Shown here piece by piece: positions 27,206 through 36,291 of a stretch of DNA of 64,000 nucleotides (its first letter is position 1; the number at the start of each line of letters is the position of its first letter). Made by a program: the position numbers and the translations under genes. Source of the DNA: a phage; NCBI GenBank assembly GCA_018175075.1, contig GCA_018175075.1_4100.2, one strand, 5' to 3'. The notes under the pieces were generated by a model, which saw nothing but the letters and a program-made list of their open reading frames with translations, had not been told where the DNA came from and ran no database searches.

Positions 27206-27795
27206 CCTGTATTATTGCACACACTGACGGAGTAAGTTCTTTTATTGCTGGGGATAAGTTAGGAAGCAATGGATTTACAAAAACTGTTCAAACTGAGCCA
27301 AAGGTATTCGAGAAAGAATTTATCAAGTTACATGATGATGGACTAACTAGAACTAAAGAAGTAATGGCATTGGGTTATACTACATCATTTCGTATGGGTC
27401 AGTTGTTAAATTATAACCTTAATTTACCTGAACAAGATGCTAGTCAAACATTTTCACAATATTTGGTTCTTAAAGTTATTCCAATCATTCGTCAAATGTT
27501 TAAAGAAGAATGGGGTGCACGAGATGCATCACAAGATGTAGGTGGTGGACAATTTATCATTCTCCACAATCATACAATCTATGAAGTTCAAGAAGACTTT
27601 TCAGTACTACAACCTAAAACAAGAATTACCGCAGTAGGTAGTGGGACATATCATGCAATTGCAGCAATGCAAGCATATATTGAAGTTGAGAACGAATCTA
27701 AAAAACCACTACACGAACGTATCAAATCAATTTTTAAAATTGTTAGTGATAATGTAACAAGCGTAAGCGAAGAGTTTGATGTTTTAAAATATTAA
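27202..27795 (+). CDS. HslV/proteasome-like Ntn-hydrolase peptidase
   Basis: Predicted N-terminus MTCIIAHTDG...IAGDK and AVGSGTYHAIAAMQAY, compared with E. coli HslV TTIVSV...IAGDGQ and IAIGSGGPYAQAAARA; Thr2 would be N-terminal after Met removal. Confidence 0.5.
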   Translation: MTCIIAHTDGVSSFIAGDKLGSNGFTKTVQTEPKVFEKEFIKLHDDGLTRTKEVMALGYTTSFRMGQLLNYNLNLPEQDASQTFSQYLVLKVIPIIRQMFKEEWGARDASQDVGGGQFIILHNHTIYEVQEDFSVLQPKTRITAVGSGTYHAIAAMQAYIEVENESKKPLHERIKSIFKIVSDNVTSVSEEFDVLKY

Positions 27796-27822
27796 AAGTA
27801 CTAATATTATAAGAGAGAATAG

Positions 27823-28023
27823 ATGATGGCATACACAATTTATGAATGGGTTTTGAGTTTTTTTATAGTTTTTTCTATTGTTGTAATTTATAACAATGCT
27901 AAATGCTTATATAGAGACTTGAAATCCAATGGTTATCACAAAGATAATAATTTTATGTATGCCTATCATATTGGAATCATTCTGTTATTATCAATATATT
28001 TAATTGTTTTTTATAAGGATTGA
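27823..28023 (+). CDS. small membrane protein
   Basis: Hydrophobic ORF. Confidence 0.45.
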   Translation: MMAYTIYEWVLSFFIVFSIVVIYNNAKCLYRDLKSNGYHKDNNFMYAYHIGIILLLSIYLIVFYKD

Positions 28024-28025
28024 AT

Positions 28026-28778
28026 ATGATATCAGAAAAATTTATAAGCAATGAAGGTAAAAAGCGATTACTGATTATATCAGGTGCAGGACTTTCTGTT
28101 GAAAGTGGTATGGAACCTTTTCGATTTGATGATGGTTTGTGGGATACATTTAAAATTAATGATGTATGTAACATTGCTAGTTTAACTACGAAATATCACG
28201 TTGTTCATTCCTTCTATAATACATTACGTGTAAAATTGGGACAATGCGAACCCAATGCAATGCATTATTTTATAAAATCGTTAGAAGATCAATATGGTGA
28301 TTGCTTCCTTCATATGACTTCTAACATGGACGATCTTTATACTCGTATTGGTGGTCATGAGCTTAAACTTCATGGAAACTTGTGCGAAGTTATTGAAAAT
28401 TATAGTATCAATTCCGATGATTATAATGTTATTAACTGCGGATACGAACCATACATACCAAAACATGATGTTTTTGCTAAACCAAATGTAGTAATGATTG
28501 GAGAATATCATCGTTATGTTGATGGTATTCGCTTACCAATTTACGAAGAACGAAATAATGTGTTGAAATCTCTTAATGAAAATGATACAGTTATTGTAAT
28601 TGGTAGTAGCGATACAGTACTGGTATGGTCGAGATTAGCAGCAGCATTACCATGTTATAGTGTTAATGTTAACATTCGTAAAAATGATAATGATTTTTTG
28701 TTTAATGAAAAAGTTATCAAGCCAGCAACCAAAGCAATACCGCATCTAGAGACTATAATTAAGGAACGTATGAAATGA
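28026..28778 (+). CDS. Sir2-family (sirtuin-like) NAD-dependent protein
   Basis: GAGLSVESGMEPFR NAD-binding motif and LHGN catalytic His motif; start at ATG 28026. Confidence 0.65.
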   Translation: MISEKFISNEGKKRLLIISGAGLSVESGMEPFRFDDGLWDTFKINDVCNIASLTTKYHVVHSFYNTLRVKLGQCEPNAMHYFIKSLEDQYGDCFLHMTSNMDDLYTRIGGHELKLHGNLCEVIENYSINSDDYNVINCGYEPYIPKHDVFAKPNVVMIGEYHRYVDGIRLPIYEERNNVLKSLNENDTVIVIGSSDTVLVWSRLAAALPCYSVNVNIRKNDNDFLFNEKVIKPATKAIPHLETIIKERMK

Positions 28779-29326
28779 GTGTTAAAGAAGTTCCCTTTGG
28801 TGAATATGGCACACGTGCAAATTTTGTATTTTGTTATTTCTTTGCAAGAAAATGCAACCCTTACAAAAACTATGAGTTGAATGATATACCAGAAGTAAAT
28901 TTAGTATTACTGCAATTACGATGGGATGGTCTTCTTGGTGGATGTGGTGGAACCGTAGAAAGTACTGATATCTCACTAGAAGATGCGTTGCGTCGTGAAG
29001 TTCAAGAAGAAATGGATTACAATATTTTTGTTTCCCATCTTCGACCACTCAAAACTTTTGAAATTTACCCAGGTGCAAACAGTCACAGTTTTAGCTATGA
29101 AGTAACCTATGACGAGTTGAAACACATTAGAGATGGATACACTAATGCTAAACATGCAAGTGCAGAAGTTGCTGGTGTAAATTTATGTCATATTTCTCGT
29201 TATTCTAAGGGACAAAATCGAGAAGCGGGATATAATAATCTTATGACACAGAACTTCATCGGTACAGCAAAACAAGAATTGGAGTATCTGGTTCAAAAAG
29301 AAAACTTACTAATTAGTTATCTATAG
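28775..29326 (+). CDS. Nudix-like hydrolase
   Basis: GCGGTVE ... REVQEE matches a Nudix box with atypical spacing. Confidence 0.45.
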   Translation: MSVKEVPFGEYGTRANFVFCYFFARKCNPYKNYELNDIPEVNLVLLQLRWDGLLGGCGGTVESTDISLEDALRREVQEEMDYNIFVSHLRPLKTFEIYPGANSHSFSYEVTYDELKHIRDGYTNAKHASAEVAGVNLCHISRYSKGQNREAGYNNLMTQNFIGTAKQELEYLVQKENLLISYL

Positions 29327-29335
29327 GAGTTTAAC

Positions 29336-29656
29336 ATGTCTTACTCAATGTTTTTGGATGATATTCGTGATGCAAATCTATATTATCCAAACCAAGATAT
29401 GGTGGTATGTCGTGACTTTAAAAGTGCATGTGAATATGTTATTGAAAATGGAATTCCAGCATTTGTATCATTCGACCATGACTTGGGTGATGTGAGCGAA
29501 GACGAAAAGACTGGATATTCTTTTGCTAAGTTTCTTATTGATTATATGTTTGATAATAATATTAAAGAACCGTTTGAGTACTTTGTTCACAGTAGTAATC
29601 CTGTTGGTAAAATTAATATTGAAACATACTTAAACAATGGATTTAACTCATTATGA
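29336..29656 (+). CDS. hypothetical protein
   Basis: ORF; RBS GGAG. Confidence 0.5.
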   Translation: MSYSMFLDDIRDANLYYPNQDMVVCRDFKSACEYVIENGIPAFVSFDHDLGDVSEDEKTGYSFAKFLIDYMFDNNIKEPFEYFVHSSNPVGKINIETYLNNGFNSL

Positions 29657-29955
29657 TTCAAACACACATCAAAAGTCTTATTTGTACTGTTCTGTTAGGT
29701 GCAGGAGTTCTTTGGTTCGGACAGTATCACGAGAACACTAAGCGTACCAACATTCACTACAATACCGCAGAAGTTGTTAGTTTAGGACAATGTAGCGAGT
29801 CCAAATGTTCATTTATGTATAAAACCCAAAGTGGTGAAGTACGTAATGGACTATCAAGAGAACCAGTTTCAATTGGTCAACTTGTTTACCAGGAGTGCTG
29901 GGAAGAAAAGGTTCGAGGTTCACGTTGCTATGTTGAATACGAACCAAATATGTAA
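29653..29955 (+). CDS. small membrane protein
   Basis: N-terminal TM segment; conserved cysteines. Confidence 0.45.
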   Translation: MIQTHIKSLICTVLLGAGVLWFGQYHENTKRTNIHYNTAEVVSLGQCSESKCSFMYKTQSGEVRNGLSREPVSIGQLVYQECWEEKVRGSRCYVEYEPNM

Positions 29956-30015
29956 TAATCCGAGTCAATAACATTAGTCGAGTACAAGGATGTACTCATA
30001 ACTCAAGGATGTTTT

Positions 30016-31455
30016 ATGAAAAAATATACAATTGACACAAACGTACTACTATCTGACCCTAATGCATCTATTGCTTTTGATGGTGCTGCAATCATTCTAC
30101 CATTTACAGTACTGGAAGAATTGGATTCAATTAAGAGTCGTAATGTAGATGTTTCACGCGATGCTCGTGTTGCTATTCGTAACATTGAAGCAATTATTGC
30201 AGATGCATCACATGATGAGATTAGTAGTACTGGTGTTAATATTGCTGATGTTCATACCAATATGAATCCTGATAGCAAATTGTTTGTTATTACAAACGAA
30301 GAAGCTGAAGCACTAATTCGTACTAAAGGTTCAGAAGAGAAAGTTCAAACCCTTCTCAAAAGCACAGTACCTGATGATAAAATCATTCTGGTAGCTTTAG
30401 CAACAGAATCAGTACTGGTAACTCGTGATATCAACATGCGTATCAAAGCACTAAGTTATGGTGTCGAGGTACAAGATTATCGCCATGATATTGTTATTGG
30501 TGATAGTGATTTGATTCACATTGGTCAACACCATTTGGAAATCAATTTTTGGGAAGTATATAGCAACTTAACCAATACTAATATTCAATCCGAACAAGTT
30601 GGTCGTCGTTTGTATCATTACATTTCCAAAAGCTTGATTGAGCATTTGCTCCCACAAAATCTATGCATCGGGGATTATCTATATGATGATGCAGACGTAT
30701 TATTTGTGTACGAAGGTCAATCAGCAATTGAGGAAGATGATGGAACACTAACACCAGAAGATATTTTGGTATTCCAAGATATTGGACAATCAGTAGCTTT
30801 ACGTGCTAAAGTATGGGATATTAAAGCAAAGAATATCCAACAAGCACTCGCCATCAACAGTATTCTCGATCCTGATGTACATCTAACAGTACTGCTAGGT
30901 TCTGCTGGTACTGGTAAAACACTAATTACGATTGCGACTGCATTAGAATTAGTACTGGAAAAACGTAAATACGACCGAATCATCTTCTCTAAAACTCAAG
31001 ACTCACAGTTTGAAGATATTGGTTTCTTGCCAGGTTCAGAAGCAGAAAAAGTGATTCCATTCTGTGGAGCCGCAATTGACGCGTTAGAGTTTCTTCATAA
31101 AGATGATGCTAACCCTCAAGGTAGTATTGAAGAGATTATGAAACGTAATGTTATTCAATTTAAAGCACTAAACTTTGTACGTGGACGTTCATTCACCAAC
31201 ACTATTCTAGTAGTTGATGAATTCCAAAACATTACACCTGCACAAGCCAAAACAATCTTGACACGAGCAGGATTAAACTGTAAAGTAGTAATTATGGGTA
31301 ACTTGAGTCAGATTGACAGTAAGTTTATTAGTCCTGTTAACAGTGGTTTGACATATGTAACTGAGAAGTTTAAAGATTGGGCAGGTTGTCGTGTCATCGA
31401 ACTAGAAGGTGTTGTTCGTTCACCACTTGCAGAATTTGCTGAAGAAAATATGTAA
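30016..31455 (+). CDS. phoH: PIN-domain / PhoH-like ATPase
   Basis: N-terminal IDTNVLL (PIN-like); Walker A LLGSAGTGKT; Walker B-like ILVVDEFQN; RBS AAGGA. Confidence 0.8.
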   Translation: MKKYTIDTNVLLSDPNASIAFDGAAIILPFTVLEELDSIKSRNVDVSRDARVAIRNIEAIIADASHDEISSTGVNIADVHTNMNPDSKLFVITNEEAEALIRTKGSEEKVQTLLKSTVPDDKIILVALATESVLVTRDINMRIKALSYGVEVQDYRHDIVIGDSDLIHIGQHHLEINFWEVYSNLTNTNIQSEQVGRRLYHYISKSLIEHLLPQNLCIGDYLYDDADVLFVYEGQSAIEEDDGTLTPEDILVFQDIGQSVALRAKVWDIKAKNIQQALAINSILDPDVHLTVLLGSAGTGKTLITIATALELVLEKRKYDRIIFSKTQDSQFEDIGFLPGSEAEKVIPFCGAAIDALEFLHKDDANPQGSIEEIMKRNVIQFKALNFVRGRSFTNTILVVDEFQNITPAQAKTILTRAGLNCKVVIMGNLSQIDSKFISPVNSGLTYVTEKFKDWAGCRVIELEGVVRSPLAEFAEENM

Positions 31456-31459
31456 TATT

Positions 31460-31482
31460 GTATGGGACATTATGTCCCATAC
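31460..31482 (+). promoter_or_regulatory. perfect palindrome overlapping a promoter -35 (possible operator)
   Basis: GTATGGGACAT-TAT-GTCCCATAC inverted repeat with no T-run. Confidence 0.4.
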
Positions 31483-31493
31483 ATGATATAATG
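31464..31493 (+). promoter_or_regulatory. sigma70-like early promoter (GGGACA ... TGaTATAAT)
   Basis: GGGACA at 31464-31469; TGATATAAT at 31485-31493; shares the 12-mer ATGGGACATTAT with the promoter at 55294. Confidence 0.55.
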
Positions 31494-31523
31494 TTGTTAT
31501 CATAATACAGAAGGAGATATAAA

Positions 31524-31712
31524 ATGGCTAAACAACCTAAGAAAAAAGAACCAGTAGCAAAAGTTAAGAAAGAGAAAGTTATTCAATCTAAAGAACAACG
31601 TATGTACGAACAACGTAAGAGTGAAACCCTATCCGGTCTTCAAGCTCTACGCAAACAAGGTGTACTAACTCGTGCACAGTACCGTGAACTAGTAGCTCAG
31701 AAAGGTTTTTGA
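31524..31712 (+). CDS. small basic protein
   Basis: RBS AAGGAG; Lys-rich. Confidence 0.5.
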   Translation: MAKQPKKKEPVAKVKKEKVIQSKEQRMYEQRKSETLSGLQALRKQGVLTRAQYRELVAQKGF

Positions 31713-31815
31713 TTCATTTGAAGACATATTGTGGAGTTCTTAATAAATACTTTTATAAGAATAATAATACTTTTTATTAAATTAAAAAGAACTCCATGTG
31801 TTATTTCAGTTTTTC

Positions 31816-31843
31816 GTCCCTGTCTTTTGGCAGGGATTTTTTA
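31816..31843 (+). terminator. intrinsic terminator
   Basis: Hairpin CCCTG...CAGGG plus T-run. Confidence 0.55.
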
Positions 31844-31938
31844 TATCTATATCTTGACAAAAGGAACAAATCATGAGAACATGTATTAAAGGAAGAATGA
31901 CTTTCCATTAGGTTATTTTAACTTAAAGGAGATTTCAT

Positions 31939-32496
31939 ATGTTTTTTGACCAAACATTTACGTTGTATCACGATTCTGGTAAAGTTGAGATTATTGATAA
32001 TCTGTTAGAGTACATTGCGGAACATGACGGTATAGACCGTTTCCACAGTAAGATGAAATTCGATTTAGCTGAATTCAACAAAAAGAATCGTGAAACATTT
32101 TGGAAGAACCGTTTCTATTACGAAATGTTTCCAGAAAAGTTTGTGGGTTATTATCTTTGTACTGAAAAAGGATTACTTGTATCTCCTGATTTACTTATGG
32201 GTGAATACATGATACTCTATAATGAGTACTGGGAACATAAACGTAAAGCTCGTGATACGGAATGGCGACATAAGCGTTCGTATATGTACAAACATAACCA
32301 CTCCCGATACAAGCGTCCTAAGACACAACAAGAGCGTCGTATGGCTTGTGCAGTACTGAAGGATGAGGGGGAACCTGATATACGTGGAAGACGTAAGATG
32401 CGTTCATTACCATCGTATTGGGACGATATCAGAACAAGACATAGTACTGGCTGGAAATACAGTACTAAACGTAAACATCAATACAAAGGGAGCTAA
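31939..32496 (+). CDS. hypothetical basic protein
   Basis: RBS AAGGAG; Arg/Lys-rich C-terminus. Confidence 0.5.
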   Translation: MFFDQTFTLYHDSGKVEIIDNLLEYIAEHDGIDRFHSKMKFDLAEFNKKNRETFWKNRFYYEMFPEKFVGYYLCTEKGLLVSPDLLMGEYMILYNEYWEHKRKARDTEWRHKRSYMYKHNHSRYKRPKTQQERRMACAVLKDEGEPDIRGRRKMRSLPSYWDDIRTRHSTGWKYSTKRKHQYKGS

Positions 32497-32511
32497 TGCT
32501 CCCTAATTTTA
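32487..32511 (+). terminator. possible terminator
   Basis: Hairpin GGGAGC...GCTCCC then TAATTTT. Confidence 0.4.
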
Positions 32512-32523
32512 TAGGTGAACTTT

Positions 32524-32853
32524 ATGAACAAAATTGACGTTACTGTAGTAATTGGTTATATTGAAATTGAACCGTGTGGCATTGATACCTTTATTGACAC
32601 TCTTAATAAGTATCGTGCTGAATATAACGGTCACATTAGTCTTTCACCAGACAGTGGTTACGGCGGTTTTCATGGATACAATGTAATTTGGACCAGAGAA
32701 GAAACTGACGAAGAATATAATACACGAATTGAAGCTGAATCTAAAAGATGTGAAGAAATTGAACGTCAAGAAATGAAACACTTAATGAACAAGAAATCAT
32801 TAAGTACCGAAGAGAAATCTAAACTGCTAAAATACATCAAGGATTACATGTAA
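32524..32853 (+). CDS. hypothetical protein
   Basis: ORF; start at ATG 32524. Confidence 0.45.
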   Translation: MNKIDVTVVIGYIEIEPCGIDTFIDTLNKYRAEYNGHISLSPDSGYGGFHGYNVIWTREETDEEYNTRIEAESKRCEEIERQEMKHLMNKKSLSTEEKSKLLKYIKDYM

Positions 32854-33503
32854 TGAAAAATGTAACTCAAGAAAAGATTCTGTACCTTGCAAAGTACAAT
32901 GGTGGTTTCAATATCATTAGCCGTGAGTACAGTGGTAATTTGGCTAAGTTGATTGACAGTTTGTTAGAATTTGATTTCATTAAATGGGAAACTAATGAAC
33001 TTTGGTACGAATATGCTGGTCAGAAATGGGAAAGTGATTATGATAATGCAATACATTCATACACTATCACCAAAGCAGGTGAAGTTCGATTAGCCATTAT
33101 GCGTTGTGCATATACTTACAAAAATCATAAAGGTGAAGAAAAACATATTCGCAGAAATGAAGAGCTATTACTTCTCATGGAAGCAGCAAAAGTTACAATG
33201 CATGATTTGTTCCACCACCCACGTTGGTATGAAAATCTAACAAAAGCAGAGTACAAAGCTTTACGTTACATTGATGAACAAAACAACAACCCAGTTGAAG
33301 TTGATGATGTTAGTGATGATGAACTAAGCCTCAAAAATGTATTTGAAAGTACCAGTACTGAAAGTATTACAGACATTTCTGTACAGATGGCACTAAAAGC
33401 AATGGAACTTTTCAAGACACAATATGAAGGACACAGTGCTGAAGAAGTAGAGCGTGAGTTCATTACACGCGTACAGATTGCATTGTTCCAATCGAAAAAG
33501 TAG
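32853..33503 (+). CDS. hypothetical protein
   Basis: ORF. Confidence 0.5.
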   Translation: MKNVTQEKILYLAKYNGGFNIISREYSGNLAKLIDSLLEFDFIKWETNELWYEYAGQKWESDYDNAIHSYTITKAGEVRLAIMRCAYTYKNHKGEEKHIRRNEELLLLMEAAKVTMHDLFHHPRWYENLTKAEYKALRYIDEQNNNPVEVDDVSDDELSLKNVFESTSTESITDISVQMALKAMELFKTQYEGHSAEEVEREFITRVQIALFQSKK

Positions 33504-33509
33504 GATGAT

Positions 33510-33689
33510 ATGAAATTTTTACTTGTACTAATCGCAGTTCTTATGGTATTATCTTGTTCAGTTAGTAATGGTTCATACATTTACGTATCAGTATTTGAAG
33601 AAGCTCCCGACAACTGTGTATTAACTCACACTGGAATTGTGTTAGTTAATGGTAAACCATCAATCGAGTACTTATGTATAGGTGATTAA
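33510..33689 (+). CDS. small putative lipoprotein (59 aa)
   Basis: ORF below track threshold; signal peptide with lipobox-like LSC. Confidence 0.4.
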   Translation: MKFLLVLIAVLMVLSCSVSNGSYIYVSVFEEAPDNCVLTHTGIVLVNGKPSIEYLCIGD

Positions 33690-33692
33690 ATT

Positions 33693-33923
33693 ATGAAATT
33701 ATTATATATTTTTATTATTTCTTCTATTGTATTTCTGAGTGGATGTGCTCCTAAAGTTGATGAGATGGATGCTGAAATCATCCGTCAAGGTTTAACAAAG
33801 CTAAATCACCAAGGAACACTATACGCATGTCATACTATGCGTCATGGGCAAGATCTTAATCTCATGTGCAGGAAGATTGTGAATCGCAAACGTCTTAATA
33901 CTGTTCCGAAGGATGCACAATGA
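33693..33923 (+). CDS. small putative lipoprotein
   Basis: Signal peptide with lipobox LSGC. Confidence 0.5.
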   Translation: MKLLYIFIISSIVFLSGCAPKVDEMDAEIIRQGLTKLNHQGTLYACHTMRHGQDLNLMCRKIVNRKRLNTVPKDAQ

Positions 33924-34090
33924 AAGAAGTAATTGACTACAAATGTAAAAATTGTGGCAAAGATAAGGGTAAGCATTCAGTACAAGGGATGGCTTGCCCG
34001 AATCCAGGTCGTGGTAATTTCAGAGGGTTCAGTACTGAAAAGTCTTACGAACCGGATCATACCAAACCTGTAATGGGTTATAAATTATGA
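33920..34090 (+). CDS. small zinc-ribbon protein (56 aa)
   Basis: ORF below track threshold; CKNCG...CPNPG; ATGA overlap with upstream stop. Confidence 0.4.
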   Translation: MKEVIDYKCKNCGKDKGKHSVQGMACPNPGRGNFRGFSTEKSYEPDHTKPVMGYKL

Positions 34091-34446
34091 GTGATTATGT
34101 AGCATTTCTTCATCGCTTTGGAGAAGCTAAAGAAAAACATATTATCCGTATGCCATTATATGGTGAAAAAGACTGGTACAAAAGTACTATCAGTGTAGGT
34201 GCATTTCGTGACCGTGAAGCTGGATTCTTTCTGGGTAAGAAACATGAACGAGAGGTACTTTGCTCACTGTGGCGTTTGGATGAATGGGATAGTGAGAACG
34301 TAAGAACTGCTGAGTCAATGCTGGCTATTGTTGGTATTGCGAACTATCAGCATCCATATGACCTATTACCTACATTTGAACATGCTTCTTTGTTTGATTT
34401 TTACAAAGCAGTAGGGTATGATTATAAAAAGAAACGTTACATTTAA
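34087..34446 (+). CDS. hypothetical protein
   Basis: ORF. Confidence 0.5.
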   Translation: MSDYVAFLHRFGEAKEKHIIRMPLYGEKDWYKSTISVGAFRDREAGFFLGKKHEREVLCSLWRLDEWDSENVRTAESMLAIVGIANYQHPYDLLPTFEHASLFDFYKAVGYDYKKKRYI

Positions 34447-34492
34447 TATCAGTACTACCACAGTGGGCAGTACTTTTTAATTGGAGATTACT

Positions 34493-35107
34493 ATGACTAC
34501 ATCGGAAAAGTACTGGTGGATTTTGGCTCATCCTAAATTCATAAACAAAGATATGGTTCCAGCTAGGATTGATATAGAACCTCATGATGTGTGTCCAATG
34601 ACAAATCGAATTGAAGATTTCAAAGCATTGAATACAAAGACTCAATTTTGGGTAGAATTTCTTTCACCAATGTATATTGAGCAAGACGACGAATGGGTAC
34701 AAGCACATGATTATCAATTGGATTGTGGTGGTGATACGTATGAAGAGGCGATTGATAAATTATACAAAAATGTGCTAAACACATATGGTGATTACACCCA
34801 ACAAGAAGCAGATAACACATTTAATAAGATCCATGCATTCAAATCTACTCCATCAATTTTTAATCCCACTAAAACTGTTTGGGAGGAACGACACAGTTGG
34901 AGTTCATGTGTAATCGATGAAGAAACCAAAGAAAAAATCATCGATGATATAAAAAATTTAAAAAATACGATAGAAGCCTTGCGTGAATTCATAATGTCTT
35001 GTACAATAGAACAACAGAAAGAGGCAAAGATACATTTGGAGAGTGAAGAATGTAAACTTTGGGTTCTAGAGAAATCTATTGAAAAGGGTATAGACTTAGA
35101 CTTATGA
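34493..35107 (+). CDS. hypothetical protein
   Basis: ORF; start at ATG 34493 after TTGGAG. Confidence 0.5.
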   Translation: MTTSEKYWWILAHPKFINKDMVPARIDIEPHDVCPMTNRIEDFKALNTKTQFWVEFLSPMYIEQDDEWVQAHDYQLDCGGDTYEEAIDKLYKNVLNTYGDYTQQEADNTFNKIHAFKSTPSIFNPTKTVWEERHSWSSCVIDEETKEKIIDDIKNLKNTIEALREFIMSCTIEQQKEAKIHLESEECKLWVLEKSIEKGIDLDL

Positions 35108-35472
35108 ATAGTAAATTGGAGAAACTAATCGAAGAATTACGCCAGATGCCACCTATTGAACAAGTAGGAAATTACAAACGGTATCGTGTTATTGCTCGTG
35201 CACTTGATAAAAAAGGTAGAGTACTGGCAACTCGCACAAATTCTTATACACAGACTCACCCAGTACAGAAGGGTTTCGCCATTCGTGCTGGGCGACCGCA
35301 AGGTGAGTTTCTTCATGCTGAAATTTCATGTTTACTGGCTGCTCGTGCTGATGTTCATACTTTACTGATTGCACGGATAAGTAAAGATGGAATTCCTGTT
35401 CCGGCTAAACCATGTGAAATTTGCTCATTAGCAATAAAAGAATATGGGGTGAAAGAGATTATCCACACATGA
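35104..35472 (+). CDS. CDA-fold zinc deaminase-like protein
   Basis: HAE and PCEIC motifs of cytidine/deoxycytidylate deaminase-like zinc enzymes. Confidence 0.55.
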   Translation: MNSKLEKLIEELRQMPPIEQVGNYKRYRVIARALDKKGRVLATRTNSYTQTHPVQKGFAIRAGRPQGEFLHAEISCLLAARADVHTLLIARISKDGIPVPAKPCEICSLAIKEYGVKEIIHT

Positions 35473-35690
35473 AAATTGAAAGATATGCTAAGCATACTGT
35501 TGGGTGTGTAAATGATATATTCTATTATTATATTTTTGCACCTGAACTACGTTTTCAAATCACAACATACAATGATGGCAGATTTAAAGATACAAACTTC
35601 CTCATAACCGACTTAGCAAAGTATGCGAATACAGAACATTTTAATCATTTAGTATTTGTGTACTGTATACCAAACCCAAATAAAAAGTAG
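35469..35690 (+). CDS. small hypothetical protein
   Basis: ATGA overlap with deaminase stop. Confidence 0.4.
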   Translation: MKIERYAKHTVGCVNDIFYYYIFAPELRFQITTYNDGRFKDTNFLITDLAKYANTEHFNHLVFVYCIPNPNKK

Positions 35691-35700
35691 GAGATTAAAA

Positions 35701-36060
35701 ATGGCTAAAACAATTTCTTTAAAAAATGAAAATGTAGGACAACGCAAAGATGGTTTCTTTGGTTTTTCTTGGACAACATTATTCTTTGGACCGTTCCCTG
35801 CATTGTTTCGTGGTGACTTTATTACGTTCATCGGTGCATTCGTAATTTACTTCATCCTCAACGCAGTGTCATTTTGGATTGTGGGTACAATTGCAATGGT
35901 TGTATGGGCATTTCTTTATAATAAGTACTACACCGTGAATCTCATCAAGAATGGGTATAAATTCAATGGCACACATGAAGAAAATGCTGAAGCTGCAATG
36001 GCTTTGCAAATTGATTTGAATAAAAACAACACAGTTGATAAAAATAAAGATCCTGAATAA
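35701..36060 (+). CDS. membrane protein
   Basis: RBS AGGAGA; hydrophobic segments. Confidence 0.5.
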   Translation: MAKTISLKNENVGQRKDGFFGFSWTTLFFGPFPALFRGDFITFIGAFVIYFILNAVSFWIVGTIAMVVWAFLYNKYYTVNLIKNGYKFNGTHEENAEAAMALQIDLNKNNTVDKNKDPE

Positions 36061-36279
36061 ATGGAAAAATATGACATAATTTACGATTATTATGGTAAGG
36101 CTTATATGAAGTGTGGGCGTTATGTTGAACTCTCTAATAGAGAATCAATAGATCCCCACACTCTTATAACAATTCATAATTCGTACTATAAAAAAGTTAC
36201 AATAGCTAATTTCGCTACATACGTGAATAATCCATTATTTCCTTACATTATTCAGTACTACTGTAGAGTTATCAAATAA
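36061..36279 (+). CDS. small hypothetical protein
   Basis: ORF. Confidence 0.4.
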   Translation: MEKYDIIYDYYGKAYMKCGRYVELSNRESIDPHTLITIHNSYYKKVTIANFATYVNNPLFPYIIQYYCRVIK

Positions 36280-36291
36280 GGTAAAAAAGAA

